The translations under genes were made by a program, and so were the position numbers. Under the pieces are notes generated by a model. The model was not told where the DNA came from and made no database searches. It saw only the letters and a program-made list of their open reading frames with translations. A DNA stretch of 16,415 bases from a virus (Duplodnaviria; Heunggongvirae; Uroviricota; Caudoviricetes): positions 1 through 16,415 of IMG/VR virus record IMGVR_UViG_3300014204_006651, one strand, 5' to 3'. Positions 5,953 through 14,639 of the stretch are shown here, in pieces (position 1 is the first letter of the stretch; each line of letters begins with the position of its first letter).

Positions 5953-8788
5953 AAAACAAAAATTGGTATCACAAGTGCCAGTTTTTATTGTTCATTGTGA
6001 AAGAATTTCTAAAAGACAGGCATATTATTTACGATTTCCAATAAATGACCAACTAATTACTCGTATAAAGAATCTTCCAAATGATACTCGTAAATGGAAT
6101 CCAGATGTAATAGCATGGGAAATTACAACATCCTCACTATATGCATTAATTAAAAACTATAGAAATTCTAATAAAATTCATTTTGATTTTGGTAATGATG
6201 ATAGTAGAAAGATTTTCATTAAACAAATTAAAAAAATTGAAATTAATGAAATTGAAAAACGTAAATTTATTGCCGATCTTAACATAAAAAAAGAACAGTG
6301 GGTTAAATATAAACAAGACCTTGAAAAAGAATATGTTCAATATTCTGAACAATGCCATAAGTTATTAAAAGAAGGTGTTAAATTATATCCACATCAAATT
6401 GTGGCAGCAATGTTTATGAATGTTACTCGTAACACGTTGATTTCCCACGAAATGGGACTTGGAAAATGTCAACCATTATATTCTAAAATACTTACTCCAA
6501 ATGGTTGGGTTCAAATGGGTGAGATAAATGTTGGAAATTATGTTATTGGAAGTGATGGTAAGCCAAAAAGAGTATTAGGAATATTTCCACAAGGTGTAAA
6601 AGATATTTATGAAATTTGCTTTAATGATGGTACGTCAACAAGATGTTGTGATGAACATTTATGGAATGTAAATACATATATTCGTAATTGGAGAAAAAAT
6701 CCATTTCAAACTAAATCATTACGGGAAATAATGAATGAAGGATTAATATTTAAAAATGGTAATCATAAACATTATATTCCAATTGTTAAACCAATTATGT
6801 TTGAAAAACAAGAGTTAAAAATTGACCCATATGTTTTGGGTTATTTGTTGGGTAATGGTAGTCTTACAAGTAAATATCAAATAGGATATTTTTCTATTGA
6901 TAAAGAAATGATTGATGAAATAACTACAAGACTACCAATTAAACATAATATGGTAATTAGTGGAAAATCGTTGAAAGATTATTATTTAACTGCAGATGAT
7001 AAGAATAATTATATTAATCAAGCATTACGAGAATATAAATTAAAAGAAAATAATTCACACACTAAATTTATACCACACGATTATAAAATTTCTTCAATTG
7101 AGCAAAGATTGGAAATATTACAAGGTATTTTAGATACTGATAGTCATTCACGTAAAGATGGTATTATTGAATTAACATTGGCATCGAAACAACTTATTGA
7201 AGACGTTCAATTTATTGTGCAATCTTTGGGTGGTATTGGAAGACTTTATGAAAAATGGATAAAATATGAAGGAACTAAAAGATTGTATTGGAGATTACAT
7301 ATTAAATTACCACCAGAATTTATACCTTTTAAGTTAAAAAGAAAAATTGAAACATTTGTTGCACCAACTAAATATCTACCAAATAGGGCAATCTCTGAAG
7401 TAAAATATATTGGAAAAGAATTGGCTCAATGTATTTTGGTGGATTCTGATGATCATTTATATGTAACCGATAATTGTATTTTAACGCACAATACTCTTTC
7501 GGCAATTCTTTACGGTGAAATGAATAATTTTCAGAAAATATTTGTTATCACACCAAATTCATTAAAATTTAATTTTTTTAATGAAGTTGATAAATTCACT
7601 GAAAGTAAATCATATATAGTAAATTGGAGAAAAAATAAATGTAGTATTGTAGATGCTAAATATATTATCGTTAATTATGATTTTTTTAATCCCGGAAAAA
7701 AAGAAAAATTTTTAACTAAATGGAAAAAATTAGGAATAAATATTATTGATTGTGTAATTTGTGATGAAAGTCAAAAATTAAAAAATACTAAAACTAATAC
7801 ATATAAAAATTTTAAAAATATTTTTAATAAAAAAATATTTAGATATAAAAAAATTAGTAAAATTTTTTTATCTGGAACACCAGCACCCAATAGAGCATAT
7901 GAATTATATAGTGTTTTAAATCAAATATCATCAATAGATTTTCCAACAAAAAAATATTTTTATGAATATTATTGCGGAATGACTTATGATACTGGTGGTG
8001 GTTGGGGTTATATTACAGATACTGCAGATACTAAATTTGAAGAATTATATCATAAAATTGCGCCATATACTCATAGAAAAAGAAAATTTGAAGTATTAAC
8101 TGATCTTCCAGACAAAATATACCAAAGGGTAATTCTTGAAATGGATGATAATGAAGCATCAATATATGAAGATATTGAAAATAGTGTTGCTAATGAATTT
8201 GTAACACGTCCAACGTTGAACCCATTAACAACAATGCTTCGTTTAAGACAATATACATCACATTTAAAAATAAAAAATATTATCGAATTAGTTGAGAATA
8301 TTCTTGAAACGGGTGAAAAAGTAGTTATTGTTGATTATTTTAAAGAAGGATTAATAGCATTAAAAGAAAAATTTGGGGATGTTGCAGGATTACATACTGG
8401 TGATCAAACGATTGAAGAACGTGCAGATATTGTAAAAGAATTTCAAGACCCAAATAGTAAAATGAAAATATTTTTGGGTAGTATACAAACTTGTAATTAT
8501 GGATTAACTTTAACGGCAGCAAGTAAAATATTTATAATAACTTTACCATATTCTGTTGGTGAATATGATCAGGTGAGTGATCGTCTACATAGAATTGGAC
8601 AAAAAAACGTGGTAAATATTTATCCATTAATTTTCCCGGATACTATAGATGAATATGTATATTCATCTATAGAAAGTAAAAGAAAAGAAATTGTTAAAGT
8701 CATTGATAATGAGGATTATAAATCAACTATTACTGATTCTGTACTTGGTGAAGTCATAGATAAAATAAAGAAAAAATATGGCAAGTAA
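5945..8788 (+). CDS. SNF2-family (SMARCAL1/HARP-like) helicase/ATPase with intein
   Basis: LYPHQ Q-motif, Walker A HEMGLGK|T split by an intein, Walker B CDESQ, LSGTP, and motif VI QVSDRLHRIGQ. The N-terminal F..N..LI..IK.LP...RKWNP....WEI segment resembles a HARP domain. Start is 5945 (MDEK) or 5936. Confidence 0.9.
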   Translation: MDEKQKLVSQVPVFIVHCERISKRQAYYLRFPINDQLITRIKNLPNDTRKWNPDVIAWEITTSSLYALIKNYRNSNKIHFDFGNDDSRKIFIKQIKKIEINEIEKRKFIADLNIKKEQWVKYKQDLEKEYVQYSEQCHKLLKEGVKLYPHQIVAAMFMNVTRNTLISHEMGLGKCQPLYSKILTPNGWVQMGEINVGNYVIGSDGKPKRVLGIFPQGVKDIYEICFNDGTSTRCCDEHLWNVNTYIRNWRKNPFQTKSLREIMNEGLIFKNGNHKHYIPIVKPIMFEKQELKIDPYVLGYLLGNGSLTSKYQIGYFSIDKEMIDEITTRLPIKHNMVISGKSLKDYYLTADDKNNYINQALREYKLKENNSHTKFIPHDYKISSIEQRLEILQGILDTDSHSRKDGIIELTLASKQLIEDVQFIVQSLGGIGRLYEKWIKYEGTKRLYWRLHIKLPPEFIPFKLKRKIETFVAPTKYLPNRAISEVKYIGKELAQCILVDSDDHLYVTDNCILTHNTLSAILYGEMNNFQKIFVITPNSLKFNFFNEVDKFTESKSYIVNWRKNKCSIVDAKYIIVNYDFFNPGKKEKFLTKWKKLGINIIDCVICDESQKLKNTKTNTYKNFKNIFNKKIFRYKKISKIFLSGTPAPNRAYELYSVLNQISSIDFPTKKYFYEYYCGMTYDTGGGWGYITDTADTKFEELYHKIAPYTHRKRKFEVLTDLPDKIYQRVILEMDDNEASIYEDIENSVANEFVTRPTLNPLTTMLRLRQYTSHLKIKNIIELVENILETGEKVVIVDYFKEGLIALKEKFGDVAGLHTGDQTIEERADIVKEFQDPNSKMKIFLGSIQTCNYGLTLTAASKIFIITLPYSVGEYDQVSDRLHRIGQKNVVNIYPLIFPDTIDEYVYSSIESKRKEIVKVIDNEDYKSTITDSVLGEVIDKIKKKYGK
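6467..7492 (+). mobile_element. Intein (342 aa) with DOD/LAGLIDADG homing endonuclease domain, inserted in the Walker A motif
   Basis: Begins CQPLYSKILTP (Cys1, TGT 6467), has block B TRCCDEHLW, and ends CILTHN (AAT 7490-7492) followed by Thr+1. Blocks C (VLGYLLGNG) and E (LQGILDTDS) are present. Confidence 0.95.
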
Positions 8789-9143
8789 ATATGTGTGGGG
8801 AATATATAATCCATTTCAAGATTTTTTATTGAAAGCAATAATGCTCGATATAAATGTGGCTGATATTAAATCAAATATTGATATAAATGCAGCATTTACT
8901 TTTATTTTAGAAAATTATTTGGAATATGATGAGGATATCGCATATTTAAATTATGATATTATAGAAAAAGATGGTTATTTTAAAGTTATTGGAAATAATT
9001 CAATAACAGCATTTTGGTTATCTGGTATAATTCCAGATGATACCGCAACAATATTAAAATATAATACATTAACTATTGGTAATAGAAAATATGTGTATGA
9101 TAATAAAAAAAAACGATTAACTTATACAATTTTAAAAAATTAA
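8778..9143 (+). CDS. Hypothetical protein
   Basis: 121-aa ORF overlapping the helicase stop, ending 1 nt before the polymerase ATG. Composition is typical of the other genes and I recognised no motif. Confidence 0.7.
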   Translation: MASKYVWGIYNPFQDFLLKAIMLDINVADIKSNIDINAAFTFILENYLEYDEDIAYLNYDIIEKDGYFKVIGNNSITAFWLSGIIPDDTATILKYNTLTIGNRKYVYDNKKKRLTYTILKN

Positions 9144-9144
9144 T

Positions 9145-12100
9145 ATGGATAAGACTAACATTCTTTCTGAAATAAAAGGATTTCTTGAAGGATATAACAA
9201 TGATTTGAAATATTTAGTTAATATTGAAACTGATCCAAATACAAATGAGGCTGATTGTATATTAAATGAACCCGGAAAGAATCTGGAAATAAGAAAAATT
9301 AAATATACTCCGTTCATTTATATGAAAGATTTATCGTTGAAAGGATATAATTTATATTCCGGAAATCCTAATGAATTAGAAAGAAAAAAAAATGAATATG
9401 GAATAACGATTACATCACTTAAAATTGGTAAACATAAAAGATTAAGAGAAGGTTTTGTTTTTAAATTATCGAGTAGCATATCATACAATGCGATTATAAA
9501 TTTTTTAAGAGATGGTGGTGTTTATCCTTATGAAAAATTAAAAAATAATCGTAATCGTGAAATGAAAGATGAAAAGGGTTATCCGATTTATCTATATAGA
9601 GATTTATTTAATTCAATAAGATTAACTGAACAATTTTTTATATCAACAGGAATAAGGTTATTTAAAGGTTTTGAAGAATATAAGGATGTTCATAAAGTTA
9701 CTTTTGATATTGAAACTACTGGTTTAAGATATGAAACCACAAGATTATTTGCAATAGGGATTAGAGATAATAGAGGTTTTGAAACAATATTGGAAGTTGA
9801 AAAATCCGATGATGATGAATCTGAATGTAAATTAATTGTAAATTTTTTCGATACATTAATAAAATTAAAACCTGCAATAATTTCTGGTTTTAACTCTGAA
9901 GATTTTGATTTTAATTTTATTCTTGGTAGAGCGGGGTTATTAAAAATGAATTTGAGTTTATTATTAACTTCTTTGAAAACTGGTACTCAAATTTATAGAA
10001 GACCTAATGTAAGTTTAAAATATGGTGGTAATACTGATAAATTTACTGCAACTGAAATGTGGGGGATGTCAATAATTGATATATTACATGCAGTAAAAAG
10101 AACATCAGCAGTTAATAGCGAAATAAAAGAAAATAAATTAAAATATATTGCAAAATTTGAAAAAATTGCAAGACCAAATAGAACATATATTCCCGGTGAA
10201 GATAATGCTATTGGTAAATTCTATAAGGAAAATAAAATTTTTATTGTTGATGAAAAAAATAATTATTTTCAATTTCCTGATGAATTTCAAGATGTTACAA
10301 AATGTTTATATGATTTACAATTAAAAAAATCAGTAATTACAGAAAGAGAATATAGAATACTTAAATCAGAATGTTTAAATAATAATCCTAATTTTTCTTC
10401 TTGGTTTAAAGAAAATAATCATTTAAAAGGTGAATTAAAATTCATTAATGGTAAAAATCTCGTAAAACAATATTTGCTTGATGACTTATGGGAAACTGAA
10501 CAAGTGGATGAATTATATAATCAATCATCATTCATGCTGGCTAAAATTGTTCCAACTACATATCAAAGAATTTGTACAATGGGAACAGCATCAATATGGA
10601 ATTTACTAATGACCGCTTGGAGTTATGAAAATGATTTAGCAATTCCTTATCCTGATGTGAAAGAAAGATTTTCTGGTGGGTTGGCAAGATGTTTTAAAGT
10701 TGGATATAGTAAAAGACTTATTAAAATTGATTATGCTTCACTTTATCCAATGCTTCAATTAACTTGGGGTATCTTTCCAATGTTTGATATAACTGGTGTT
10801 TTAGAGAAAATGTTATTATATTTTACTACAACTCGTAATATTTATAAAAAAATTGCAAATAATAGTAAATTAGATGACGAAGAAATTCTTTTATTAAAAG
10901 AAATCGATCATGAATTATATAAAAAGTTTATAAATAATGAAATTACTGATAAAGATAGAGCAAAAGCAAAAGTTAAACAATCACCCATTAAAATATTAAA
11001 TAATTCATTATTTGGTGCATTAGGTTCGGATATATCATTTAATTGGTCAGATAATATATGTGCTGCACATATTACTTGTTGTGGTCGATTAGAATTAAGA
11101 CATGCAATAACATGGTTTGAAAAATATGGTTGTATTGCATTACTTGCTGTTACTGATGGTATTAATTTTCAAATACCAAATTATACAAATACTCGTATTA
11201 CTAATGATGGTGAAATTATTGAAGAAGTTGAAAGATTAATTGAAGAAATGTGGAAATATGATGATAAAAAAGGAATTGATGCTCTTATTAAAAAATTTAA
11301 TAAGGAAGAAATGATACCGCCATATATGGCAGTTGATAATGATGGGGAATTTATTTCTTCATTAAATCTTTCACGTATTAATTATGCAACTTTATCAACA
11401 TATAAAGACAAAAAAACGGGAGAGTTAAAAGAAAAAATTAAACTTACGGGTAATACAATTAAATCTAAAATCATGCCCGGATATATTGAAGAATTTATTG
11501 ATAAAGGGTTTGAATTGATTTTACATGGTGAGGGTGAAGAATTTTTTAATTATTATAAAAAATATGTTGATGATATTTATAATCATAAAATACCATTAAT
11601 GAAAATTGCAAGTAAAAGTAGAGTTAAAACAACAATAGCAAGATATAAAAATAGGGGTGTTGATAAAAATGGAAGAGAAAAAGGTAAGCAAGCATATATG
11701 GAATTACTTATTCAAGAAAGAAAAAGAATTGGATTAGAACTATTTGAAAAACATAAAACAGATTTGAAAATAGAAATTCCAGAAATTGATTTAACTGATG
11801 ATAATAAAATAAAATTAATCTCGAATTATATGCCACCTGAACCTGAATTAGACAGTTTTATATATTTTGTTAATACAGGAACAAAAAAATCGGATAGTAG
11901 TTCAAATTCAATTCATGAAACTATTGATGGTGTTACTAAAGAAAGATTAGCATCTACTTTAATTAAAAATGAAGATTTAGTTAATAATCCAAATATGACG
12001 GGGTATTATAATGTAGAAAAATATCTTAGTGCATTTAATAGTAGAGTTAAAACAATATTGGTTGGGTTTGAACCAGAAGTAAGAAAAGCATTCCTTTCAA

Positions 12101-12738
12101 ATTATGAATGTGTTACTAAAACTAATGAAAATGGAAAAACAAAAAAAACAAAAATAAAAGAACTTGTTCATCATTTTTTTACAAAGGAACAATTAACACT
12201 TAAAAATTTTGATGAGGATATATATAAAGAAGCAATGTTTTTAGAACCGAAAGAATCTCAATTTTGGAATAAAACAGGATATGATTCAAGATTAGTATGG
12301 AATGGTTTTACTATGGATGAAGATAATGAAGTATATTATAAAATATACGAAGATGCGTTAAATTATTTTAATGATTTAATGTTAAGAAATAATAAACCAA
12401 AAATTAAATCAATTAATGAAAAATATAATATTGGAGATTTTATTTTAATTAAAGATGGTGATTCATATAATATTGGTAAGTTCAATGGAACATGTCTTGA
12501 AATAATTAGAGAAAATGTTGATAAACCAAAAACTGAATATGAATTGGAAATTGAAAGAAAAAGGGCAGAAAAATTAGCAGCTTTAAAAGCAGTAGCAGAA
12601 GAAAAAAGAAAACTTGAAAACACTATTGAAAATGAAAAAAAATTAAAAGCAAAGGAACGAAAAAGACAAAAATATTTTAAAGAATTTAAAAAAGAATTTA
12701 ATGTTCCATCTAAAACATCAATGGAAAAGCTTTTTTAA
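9145..12738 (+). CDS. polB: Family B DNA polymerase with 3'-5' exonuclease
   Basis: ExoI DIETT, ExoII FNSEDFD, ExoIII YLLDD, motif A DYASLYP, motif B QSPIKILNNSLFG, IT-CCGR, motif C variant AVTDG. Long charged C-terminal extension. Confidence 0.93.
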   Translation: MDKTNILSEIKGFLEGYNNDLKYLVNIETDPNTNEADCILNEPGKNLEIRKIKYTPFIYMKDLSLKGYNLYSGNPNELERKKNEYGITITSLKIGKHKRLREGFVFKLSSSISYNAIINFLRDGGVYPYEKLKNNRNREMKDEKGYPIYLYRDLFNSIRLTEQFFISTGIRLFKGFEEYKDVHKVTFDIETTGLRYETTRLFAIGIRDNRGFETILEVEKSDDDESECKLIVNFFDTLIKLKPAIISGFNSEDFDFNFILGRAGLLKMNLSLLLTSLKTGTQIYRRPNVSLKYGGNTDKFTATEMWGMSIIDILHAVKRTSAVNSEIKENKLKYIAKFEKIARPNRTYIPGEDNAIGKFYKENKIFIVDEKNNYFQFPDEFQDVTKCLYDLQLKKSVITEREYRILKSECLNNNPNFSSWFKENNHLKGELKFINGKNLVKQYLLDDLWETEQVDELYNQSSFMLAKIVPTTYQRICTMGTASIWNLLMTAWSYENDLAIPYPDVKERFSGGLARCFKVGYSKRLIKIDYASLYPMLQLTWGIFPMFDITGVLEKMLLYFTTTRNIYKKIANNSKLDDEEILLLKEIDHELYKKFINNEITDKDRAKAKVKQSPIKILNNSLFGALGSDISFNWSDNICAAHITCCGRLELRHAITWFEKYGCIALLAVTDGINFQIPNYTNTRITNDGEIIEEVERLIEEMWKYDDKKGIDALIKKFNKEEMIPPYMAVDNDGEFISSLNLSRINYATLSTYKDKKTGELKEKIKLTGNTIKSKIMPGYIEEFIDKGFELILHGEGEEFFNYYKKYVDDIYNHKIPLMKIASKSRVKTTIARYKNRGVDKNGREKGKQAYMELLIQERKRIGLELFEKHKTDLKIEIPEIDLTDDNKIKLISNYMPPEPELDSFIYFVNTGTKKSDSSSNSIHETIDGVTKERLASTLIKNEDLVNNPNMTGYYNVEKYLSAFNSRVKTILVGFEPEVRKAFLSNYECVTKTNENGKTKKTKIKELVHHFFTKEQLTLKNFDEDIYKEAMFLEPKESQFWNKTGYDSRLVWNGFTMDEDNEVYYKIYEDALNYFNDLMLRNNKPKIKSINEKYNIGDFILIKDGDSYNIGKFNGTCLEIIRENVDKPKTEYELEIERKRAEKLAALKAVAEEKRKLENTIENEKKLKAKERKRQKYFKEFKKEFNVPSKTSMEKLF

Positions 12739-12861
12739 GAAGTTGAAAATGCTGAAGAAACTTTTAATAAGTATGTGGAAAATAAAGAAAATCCAGAGTT
12801 TGTAGATATTGAAGATTATGATGTAGATGAATCGTATGATGAATACGAAGGTGCTTATTAA
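12739..12861 (+). other. In-frame open continuation of the polymerase ORF after TAA (40-aa acidic tail)
   Basis: Same frame as polB: EVENAEETFNKYVENKENPEFVDIEDYDVDESYDEYEGAY then TAA at 12859-12861. 16/40 residues are D/E and there is no in-frame ATG. Confidence 0.65.
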
Positions 12862-12869
12862 TATTAATA

Positions 12870-12884
12870 AGTATTTATATGAAA
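12870..12884 (+). promoter_or_regulatory. Candidate phage late promoter motif AGTATTTATATGAAA
   Basis: Intergenic, ends 10 nt before ATG 12895. Confidence 0.6.
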
Positions 12885-12894
12885 ATATATCATC

Positions 12895-13533
12895 ATGAAA
12901 TTAAAGAAAAAGGAATTATTCGAAATAATTGATTCAAACGGTGAATTAATAGGTAAAGAAGATATTCCAAGAAATGGTAGTGATATGGAAACTCAAGCTA
13001 ATGGCACTACCGACCAAAATGTTCAAATGGGTAATCAACCTTTCAGATATGATATGCTTGGTCGTTTTGGATTTACATTATTACCTTTTATGGAAGGTAA
13101 AGAAAATCAACAACAATCTGAATTAATAAATGATGTTTCTAAAGAATTTTTGGTGTTATATAAAGAAATACTCGAATATTATTTTCGTAATCCTAATAAA
13201 ATTAAGAGTGATTATAGACGAATAGTACAAGATGGACATCATGAAGATAATCAAACATTTAATTTTAATACGAATTCACAAAAAGTTATTAAAATATTTG
13301 AAAAATATTTTGAGGGTTCATTCAAACAATCTGAAAATATAGATGAAGCTGCTGTAATTGAAGATAAAGTTATTAATAAAAAATCTGAAGATGAAATATC
13401 AAAAAAATCTGAAGATAATGGTGTTAAGAAAAAACAAGTAGAAAAAATTGCTGGACTTATTAATAAAAAATTTGAAAAAAATGATATTGATAAATTAATT
13501 AATTTATTGGAGAGAAAAAAAAATAAAAGATGA
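12895..13533 (+). CDS. Hypothetical protein (possibly virion-associated)
   Basis: 212-aa charged ORF directly behind the late motif, with a short KKSED duplication. No recognised domain. Confidence 0.7.
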   Translation: MKLKKKELFEIIDSNGELIGKEDIPRNGSDMETQANGTTDQNVQMGNQPFRYDMLGRFGFTLLPFMEGKENQQQSELINDVSKEFLVLYKEILEYYFRNPNKIKSDYRRIVQDGHHEDNQTFNFNTNSQKVIKIFEKYFEGSFKQSENIDEAAVIEDKVINKKSEDEISKKSEDNGVKKKQVEKIAGLINKKFEKNDIDKLINLLERKKNKR

Positions 13534-13534
13534 A

Positions 13535-13708
13535 ATGGAATTTTCTTTAGAAGAAAAAAATAAAATCACTGATTTTGTTCAAAATTATAAAGGTGATTTT
13601 AAAGATGAAGATATTCATAATCTTGCAGATAAAATGGGTTTAGAAAAATCTGAAGTAGAAGAATTTGTATATAATTTGGCTCGTAATCTATTAAAAAGTA
13701 ATGACTAA
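13535..13708 (+). CDS. Small hypothetical helical protein (57 aa), not in the ORF track
   Basis: My translation: MEFSLEEKNKITDFVQNYKGDFKDEDIHNLADKMGLEKSEVEEFVYNLARNLLKSND*. It fills the gap exactly, starting 1 nt after the upstream TGA with its stop overlapping the next ATG. Confidence 0.7.
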   Translation: MEFSLEEKNKITDFVQNYKGDFKDEDIHNLADKMGLEKSEVEEFVYNLARNLLKSND

Positions 13709-14639
13709 AATATTAAATATTACTGAATTTATTAATAAAGCACATAAAAAACATAATAATTATTATGATTATAATTTAGTAAATTATGTTAATTCACGTA
13801 CTAAAATAAAAATTATTTGTCCGATACATGGTGTTTTTGAACAAAAACCAAATAATCATTTAAATGGTCAAGGGTGTTTAGAATGTGGAAAAATAAAAAG
13901 TAAAAATAAAAATAGAAAAAATAATAGTTATTTTATAGGTAAAGCAATAAAAATACACGGTAATAAATATGATTATTCCAAAGTTAATTATATTGGTGCA
14001 GATAATTATGTTGATATTATTTGTCCAATACACGGTGTTTTTAGTCAACATGCAAATAGTCATTTAAGTGGTAGAAATTGTCCTAAGTGTGTTGGTGGCA
14101 TAAAAAAAACAAAAAATGAATTTATTTTAAATGCAAAAAAAATTCATAAAGATAAATATGATTATTCTTTAGTTGAATATGTTAATGCAAAAACCAATGT
14201 TAATATTATTTGCTCAATTCATGGCATTTTTAAACAAACTCCAAGTAAACACTTATGTGGACATGGATGTACAATTTGTAATGAATCGAAGGGTGAAAAA
14301 GAAATTAGTGATTATTTATTAAATAAATCTATTAATTTTGAGAGAGAAAAAAAATTTATTGATTGTAAAGGAAAAAGGCATATGTTTTCATTTGATTTTT
14401 ATCTTCCAGAATATAAAACATTAATTGAATTTGATGGTAAACAACATTATATTCCAGTTAATTTTTATGGATGTTCAAATGAAAAAGCGTTAAAAACATT
14501 TTTTGATTTAAAGAAAAATGATGAAATAAAAAATAATTTTACTAAATTAAATAATTATAATTTACTTAGAATTAAGTTTGATCAAATAAATAAAATTAAA
14601 AAAATATTAGAAATATATGAACCAATATCTCAAAGATAA
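13701..14639 (+). CDS. Free-standing putative homing endonuclease: three DUF723-like Zn-binding repeats plus Vsr/EDxHD-like nuclease domain
   Basis: Three YDY..V.Y......V/I.IIC(P/S)IHG.F.Q....HL.G..C..C repeats (first Cys at 13818, 14022, 14211). The C-terminal SKGE..I...L and DFYLPEYKTLIEFDGKQH motifs are intact. Confidence 0.8.
   Translation: MTKILNITEFINKAHKKHNNYYDYNLVNYVNSRTKIKIICPIHGVFEQKPNNHLNGQGCLECGKIKSKNKNRKNNSYFIGKAIKIHGNKYDYSKVNYIGADNYVDIICPIHGVFSQHANSHLSGRNCPKCVGGIKKTKNEFILNAKKIHKDKYDYSLVEYVNAKTNVNIICSIHGIFKQTPSKHLCGHGCTICNESKGEKEISDYLLNKSINFEREKKFIDCKGKRHMFSFDFYLPEYKTLIEFDGKQHYIPVNFYGCSNEKALKTFFDLKKNDEIKNNFTKLNNYNLLRIKFDQINKIKKILEIYEPISQR

Noticed and set aside
1754-8522. Alternative-frame + strand ORFs 1754-1936 and 8340-8522
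   Set aside because: Fully nested in longer genes, barely at the length cut-off, and with composition typical of off-frame reading.
9145-12738. Intein or intron within polB to explain its length
   Set aside because: I saw no Cys/Ser...His-Asn splice junctions or LAGLIDADG/HNH motifs, and the frame is continuous. The extra length comes from insertions and a charged C-terminal region.
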